Below are positions 18,659 through 23,997 of a stretch of 23,997 nt of DNA, in pieces. The translations under genes were made by a program, and so were the position numbers. The DNA lies in NCBI GenBank assembly GCA_002269645.1, contig NIVC01000950.1, positions 27,132 through 51,128 on the forward strand, read 5' to 3'. Each line of letters begins with the position of its first letter. The stretch's first letter is position 1. The DNA is from Macrostomum lignano (taxonomy: Eukaryota). A model generated the notes under the pieces. It made no database searches, was not told the origin of the DNA, and saw only the letters and a program-made list of their open reading frames with translations.

Positions 18659-19128
18659 GTGAGTTCACTGAGTTGCTGAATGTCTTTGGCATTGGCGTTC
18701 TGTTTAAAATTTAACCCGAATTTTAACTGTTGAAAATCGTCACTAAATTAAATGCTAATGTCGCTACTACAGGCAGAGTAGTAAATAAATTTTTACTTGT
18801 TAATATTTATCGTATTTTGTCTATATTTCTACAATCAATAGGGTATTGAATAATATTTCATTACTAACAATTTTATACGTGTAATATTCAATTTTTTACT
18901 ACAAGTAGAGTATGAATAAAATGCCAGACATATAATTAGTGTATTTTCAACTCTATTTATCCATTGTGCATTTTTTCTATGTACATTAGATACGCTTGTA
19001 AAACATCAATATCAATGTATCTGAGCGTTCATTGATTGTCAAGATAAAACCAGCTAGATTGTCTACCTGGTTCTCTACTCAATCCTTTTATATCAATGCA
19101 ATTACATTACATAACACAAAAAATGCAG

Positions 19129-19355
19129 ATTTGTCAAAACGCAACCCGCCGGTACTGTTTGTTGCCAAAGACATCAGCGTGATTGTTCTGATACTAGAAG
19201 TTACCGATATTTACCTGTGGGAAAGAAGCTGCAACGATGCTTCATCCCAGCCAAGTGGTCGCTGGTTCAAATTGCGCTGGGATTATGACACTCCCGTGCC
19301 AGATCCTGATGAGAACTGCGAAGTCTGCGTTGATGTTGGATACTTTGTTGACAAG
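19129..19355 (+). CDS. CPLANE1: CPLANE1 homolog, exon 4
   Basis: ATGCAG|..PVLFVAKDISVIVLILEVTDIYLWE..SGRWFKL..VDK|GTGAGG, similar to LYLYVSGNGKRIVLITPSGCIFLWE..AGRWSQV. Phase 1 to 0. Confidence 0.82.
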
Positions 19356-19399
19356 GTGAGGCTATTTTTGTCTGTCGCAGTTTGTTGGATGTTTAGTAA

Positions 19400-19740
19400 C
19401 TGTTTTATTAGTCGGCTGGAATGGGGTGTCGCGGAGCTAGGAGGGTGTTTTAACTGTTTTTATTAGTCGGCAGGAATGGGGTGTCGCGGTGTAAGGAGGT
19501 TTAACTGTTTTTATTAGTCGGCAGGAATGGGGTGTCGCGGAGTGAGGTGAGGTGGGTGTTTTAACTGTTTTTACAATATTAGTCGGCAGGAATGGGGTGT
19601 CGCGGAATGAGGTGAGTGTTTTAGCTGTTTTTTATTAGTCGGCAGGAATGGGTGTCGCAGAGTGAGGTGGGTGTTTAACTGTTTTTATTAGTCGGCAGGA
19701 ATGGGGTGTCGCGGAGCGAGGTGGGTGTTTCAACTGTTTT
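19400..19740. repeat. ~50-65-bp minisatellite in CPLANE1 intron 4 (TTATTAGTCGGCAGGAATGGGGTGTCGCGG...)
   Basis: About six tandem copies. Confidence 0.9.
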
Positions 19741-19783
19741 AAAATCCGTCAACAGTAATGTCTTTCCCACGCAACATTCGCAG

Positions 19784-20492
19784 TACCTCGGCCCGTGCGT
19801 ACTAGTTAGCTACTGCTTCTATCACGAGGGCCGCCTATTAGTAGCCACAAATCTATCCCGATGGATTGTTGGCCGCTCCGGCGGTGGCAGCACACCTGGC
19901 GAGCTCATTTCAAGCTGGATTAGCACCGGCTATCCTGCCGATCTATTCGGCTCCAAAGCCGCCGTGGAACACGTCCGCGGCTCTCTGCTGGTTCGATTCT
20001 GCCCGAATCAGCCTCTCCTAGCTGTGTGCGTCAACCAGCGCTCAGCCGAAGCCGCCTGCCTTGTCTACGTTGACGTGCTGCTTGGCTGCGCCACGCACTC
20101 GTCCTTGATGGGCCTGGGCGTTGTCGATTACGGAGGACGGAATCGAGCCGGCGGCAACGGCACCGGCGGGCCCGGAGGCGGCGCCGGGTCGGGCAGCGCC
20201 GCCAGCGGCACCGGCAGCAGTCGCTACGTTCAACTCCTGCGTGACATCGGCCTATCCGACCAGGATGTCCTGGAGGAGGTGGCGGCGGCCAAGCTGGAAG
20301 TCGAGGCGCCCCAGCAACCTGGGTTCGAGACCTGGCCTGGGACTGTCGCGGCCTGTTTTTGGTCGGCTGCACCGGTTTGGGCTTTGCATTCGCCTGCGCT
20401 AGGATGGGCTCGCCACTGACTCTCACCTGCAAAGGCTGTCTGGAGCTCGGCCCGGCTATGTTTCTGCCTGTGCATCCCGTTAACACGCTTCG
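19784..20492 (+). CDS. CPLANE1: CPLANE1 homolog, exon 5, with an internal 1-nt frame shift (most likely in the C run at 20309-20312)
   Basis: TCGCAG|YLGPCVLVSYCFYHEG..VRGSLLVRFCPNQPLLAVCVNQRS. It continues in the adjacent frame as PATWVRDLAWDCRGLFLVGC..LTLTCKGCLELGPAMFLPVHPVNTLR|GTTAGC, similar to YWVGDISWTHDSLFLAC..GCSIEFGPAEFIPLHPLITYR. Confidence 0.8.
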
Positions 20493-20582
20493 GTTAGCTG
20501 CTTGAGCTGCCCGCCTTTCATTCTTTTACAGTTGGCCATCTGGCCCTTCAGGCTTCCCCTGCAGCTCTGGTCTTTTACTCTC

Positions 20583-20592
20583 TTTCTCCTTG

Positions 20593-20643
<51 letters not shown>

Positions 20644-21205
20644 ATCTCAGACCCTTCTACTCTCTTCCTGCATCTCGGACCCTACCACTATCTCTCCCTT
20701 CATCTCTGACCCTTCCACTCTCTCTTAATCTCAGACCCTTCGACTCTCTCTCTCCCTGCATCTCTGACTTTCCACCATCCCTGAATCTCTAACCCTTTCA
20801 CTCTCTCTGGATCTCAGACCCTTCTTCTATCTCTCTCTAGTCTCTCTGTATCTCACCCTTCCACTCTCCCTCCCTGCATCTCAGACCCTTCGACTCTCTC
20901 TCTACCTGCATCTCTGACTTTCCACCATCCCTGAATCTCTAACCCTTTCACTCTCTCTGGATCTCAGACCCTTCTTCTATCTCTCTCTAGTCTCTCTGTA
21001 TCTCACCCTTCCACTCTCTCTCCCTGCATCTCTGACCCTTCCACTCTCTCTTAATCTCAGACCCTTCGACTCTCTCTCTCCCTGCATCTCTGACTTTCCA
21101 CCATCCCTGAATCTCTACCCTTTCACTCTCTCTGGATCTCAGACCCTTCTTCTATCTCTCTCTAGTCTCTCTGTATCTCACCCTTCCACTCTCCCTCCCT
21201 GCATC
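20583..21205. repeat. (CT)n microsatellite followed by a CT-rich composite repeat with three ~150-177-bp higher-order copies, intron 5
   Basis: TCCACCATCCCTGAATCTCT recurs near 20771, 20921 and 21098. Confidence 0.9.
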
Positions 21206-21281
21206 TGTTGCCATTCGCTCCTTCACCCGCAAAGGCTAACAGCTCAATCTAAAAACAGCGCTTCCCCCCCCAACGCCGCAG

Positions 21282-22048
21282 CTCGCCAGGCCGTCACGGC
21301 GTCCAACGCTACTCAGTGTCCGCTCATCCTCGCCATCCTCTGTTCGCCATGACCGACGGCTACTCGGTCTCCCTGCTTCGTTTCCCTTCGTCTGGCGCCG
21401 GACTCAGCGGAGTGGTTCGCCAACAGGTGGCGCACGCTCAGCAGGTGCTGTCCCAGCTGCAGCTGGACCCCGCCGGAGTGCTCACCCCGCGCCTGCACGC
21501 CTGTCAGCGATTCTCGCGAGATCAAATGAGCCGCGTTCGAGAATGGCACCGGGAGAGCTTCGGCAGCGGATTCGACGCTGAGCTCAGAGTTGATGACCGC
21601 GATGATGAGGAGAGAGAGTTTAACAATCGCGGCGTTGCTGACGAGGAATCGGGCGACACGCCAAGAAACAGGATGGGAGCCAGCGAGATGTATCGAATCA
21701 GCTTCGGCAGCATCGGCGGCGGCGGCGGATCGCTCTACAATTCTCGGGCTGGTTCGGCGGCGGCTACTCCACGGCTGCCAGCGTCTGCACTGCCGTCACC
21801 GAGGCCTCCTCCGGCTTTGACAAATCAACCGCAGCCGCAGCCGCAGCAGCAGCAGCAGCAGCCTCAGCTGCAGCATCAAGAAGATGAAGAAGACGCAGAC
21901 ACAGCGGAGGACGGTACGGGAAGCTACTATTACGACTATCGCAGTAGAAATTTGGGATCTTCGTCTGAGGACGAAGACGACGAAGAGGAAGACGATTCAG
22001 ACGATCCCGGTGCTGCCAGTGCTGCCAATAGGCGGGGCTCCGAGACAG
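21282..22048 (+). CDS. CPLANE1: CPLANE1 homolog, exon 6, with low-complexity Q/E/D tracts
   Basis: CCGCAG|..QRYSVSAHPRHPLFAMTDGYSVSLLRF, similar to QRFSIKAHSRLPYLVISDGYMVTTLRF. Donor CAG|GTGAGA at 22049. An alternative acceptor exists at 21290. Confidence 0.82.
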
Positions 22049-22089
22049 GTGAGAGAGCGAGTGATACTTGTACCAGACTCTGTGTGTAA

Positions 22090-22645
22090 ACATCCTCATT
22101 GAAATGTCACATCCTCATTGAAATGTCACATCCTCATTGAAGTGTCACATCCTCATTGAAGTGTCACATCCTCATTGAAGTGTCACATCCTCATTGAAGT
22201 GTCACATCCTCATTGAAGTGTCACATCCTCATTGAAGTGTCACATCCTCATTGAAGTGTCACATCCTCATTGAAGTGTCACATCCTCATTGAAGTGTCAC
22301 ATCCTCATTGAAGTGTCACATCCTCATTGAAGTGTCACATCCTCATTGAAGTGTCACATCCTCATCAAAGTGTCACATCCTCATTGAAGTGTCACATCCT
22401 CATCAAAGTGTCACATCCTCATCAAAGTGTCACATCCTCATCAAAGTGTCACATCCTCATCAAAGTGTCACATCCTCATTGTAGTTTCACATCCTTATTG
22501 AAGTATCACATCCTCATTGAAGTGTCACATCCTCATTGAAGTGTCACATCCTCATTAAAATGCCACATCCTGTGTCACACAAATCACAAATGCCACCACG
22601 TGTCACATCCTCCTCGAAGTATCAACATCCTGATTGAAGTTGAAT
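22090..22645. repeat. 19-bp minisatellite (AAGTGTCACATCCTCATTG), intron 6
   Basis: Roughly 25 near-identical tandem units, degenerating at the 3' end. Confidence 0.97.
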
Positions 22646-22773
22646 ATTTCAGATTTTTTGAAAGGCGTTAAAAATCGATATGCTTTCAATCTGACGAGTA
22701 TAAATCATCAAAATTCATTTATGGATCATTTATAAAATTCAATCTGTGACTCTTGCACAACCTAATTTTTCAG

Positions 22774-23706
22774 CCGCTTCATCGGTACCAAAGCAGCAGT
22801 CGAAGCAGACGCAGCTTCAAACGCCTTTACCGCCGCCGCTGCCCCCGACAGCGGTGCAGCAGCACAGCGACAGCGGTTTGCACAGTTTATTCGGCGACGA
22901 AACCGATCCTGGAACGTACTTTCGCGAGGCGCTTTTCTACTTGACGTCAGCCTGGGGACTGTTAGTCACGGAGCGGGGTAAACCGGTGCGGCACAAGCAG
23001 CGTCTGGCTGAATTGGTACTCGAGGGCTTCTTTCACATGGCCAGCAATTTAGTGCTGACATTGGAGGAAGCGGACGAACTGTCGCAGGAAGATTTCCTAG
23101 CATTCGTGCTCGAACAGCTGCACAGTCTGACTGGTACTGTGCTAGAAATTGCTCAATTTGACTCGAGCACTTTCAGTCTGTGCCAGCCGTTGACTAAATT
23201 CTATGCCGAGTTCACCTCTTACCTGGTTGCTAGCCAACACCTGCGAGACTACATTCCAGTGCTGCACGGCGGCGCTGTAGCGTTCAGCTTTGTCCAAAGA
23301 GCGGCCCAGTCTCTGGCTGAAACCTACGCCTGGTCCAAGCCGCCAGTTCGGTCGTTTCACGACCTGCCAGCTGCCAACACTTGGCTGCCAGCCAGGCTGT
23401 GCCGTCAGCTAGGCGGCGGCCCCAGCGCTGCTTCCAATGCGATTGGCTCAGCCGACGAGATGCTGCTAGCTAGTCGATTGACTTTGCACGAGTTTTTCTC
23501 TAAAATCTATCAATCTACAGGCCTGATTGATGAAGACGTTGAGAGTAGTTTGTGCTCAATACAGGCCGCTATACAGGCCAGCTGTTCCTATCTGCCTGAG
23601 CACGAAGGACAAATCATTGGCCGAGGGGAGCGGCATCTGCTTGAGGGGCGCGACGAGGAAGCCATGGTGGAGTGGCGTCGGCAGCTGACTGAACTGGCAA
23701 CGAGAA
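22774..23706 (+). CDS. CPLANE1: CPLANE1 homolog, exon 7; the gene continues beyond the window
   Basis: Acceptor CTAATTTTTCAG| is phase-compatible with exon 6. It is an open 311-codon block (YLTSAWGLLV..LVLEGFFHM loosely similar to LLAAWTIGI..VVCITHFFYI). Donor GTGAGT at 23707. Confidence 0.72.
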
Positions 23707-23764
23707 GTGAGTTTTGGTAGTTTGATGATGCTAGCGTGCCGGTTTTAGGGTGAGGTTTGAGGCT

Positions 23765-23997
23765 TGTAGGATATAGACTGAGGTTATAGAGGATAGAGAC
23801 TGAAGTCATGGAGGATAGAGACTGAGGTCATGAAGGATAGAGACTGAGGTCACGGAGGATAGAGACTGAGGTCATGGAGGATGAGACTGAGGTCAGGGAG
23901 AACACAGACCAAAGGTCAGGAGAACACAGACAAAGGTCAGGAGAACACAGACAAAGGTCAGGAAAACACAGGCCAAGGCCAGGAGAGCACAGGCCAA
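23765..23997. repeat. Adjacent 22-bp (GAGGATAGAGACTGAGGTCATG) and ~21-bp (GGAGAACACAGACAAAGGTCA) minisatellites, intron 7
   Basis: Tandem units are visible up to the window end. Confidence 0.9.

Noticed and set aside
20031-22102. Several antisense or alternate-frame ORFs over CPLANE1 exons 5-6
   Set aside because: GC-rich shadow ORFs. The sense frames carry the homology.

Overview
Eukaryotic (metazoan-like) genomic DNA, with GC/CpG-rich coding blocks in AT-rich, satellite-laden spacers. The style is reminiscent of Macrostomum-type flatworms, but the taxon is only an inference. There are three host genes. Intronless V-ATPase subunit E (1489-2177, -) has a 1-nt gap in an A run. Intronless RPS26 (4165-4608, -) carries a Gly/Pro-rich tail. 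The first seven coding exons of a CPLANE1/JBTS17 (C5orf42) homolog (17985-23706, +) continue past the window end. The ~13 kb between RPS26 and CPLANE1 holds several elements: two inverted copies of an 8-bp-TSD MITE that each carry a ~64-nt 28S rRNA-like segment (helix 69 / R2 target region), a third related MITE, a 2.85-kb non-autonomous Helitron inserted precisely into a 22/23-bp satellite, a tRNA-derived fragment, and a Merlin (IS1595/ISXO2-like) transposase pseudogene with 14 in-frame stops but only one indel. Older sequence in this interval is almost free of CpG, with a sharp boundary at CPLANE1 exon 3. At least seven unrelated minisatellites fill the spacers and introns. Family assignments come from recalled reference sequences, not database searches.
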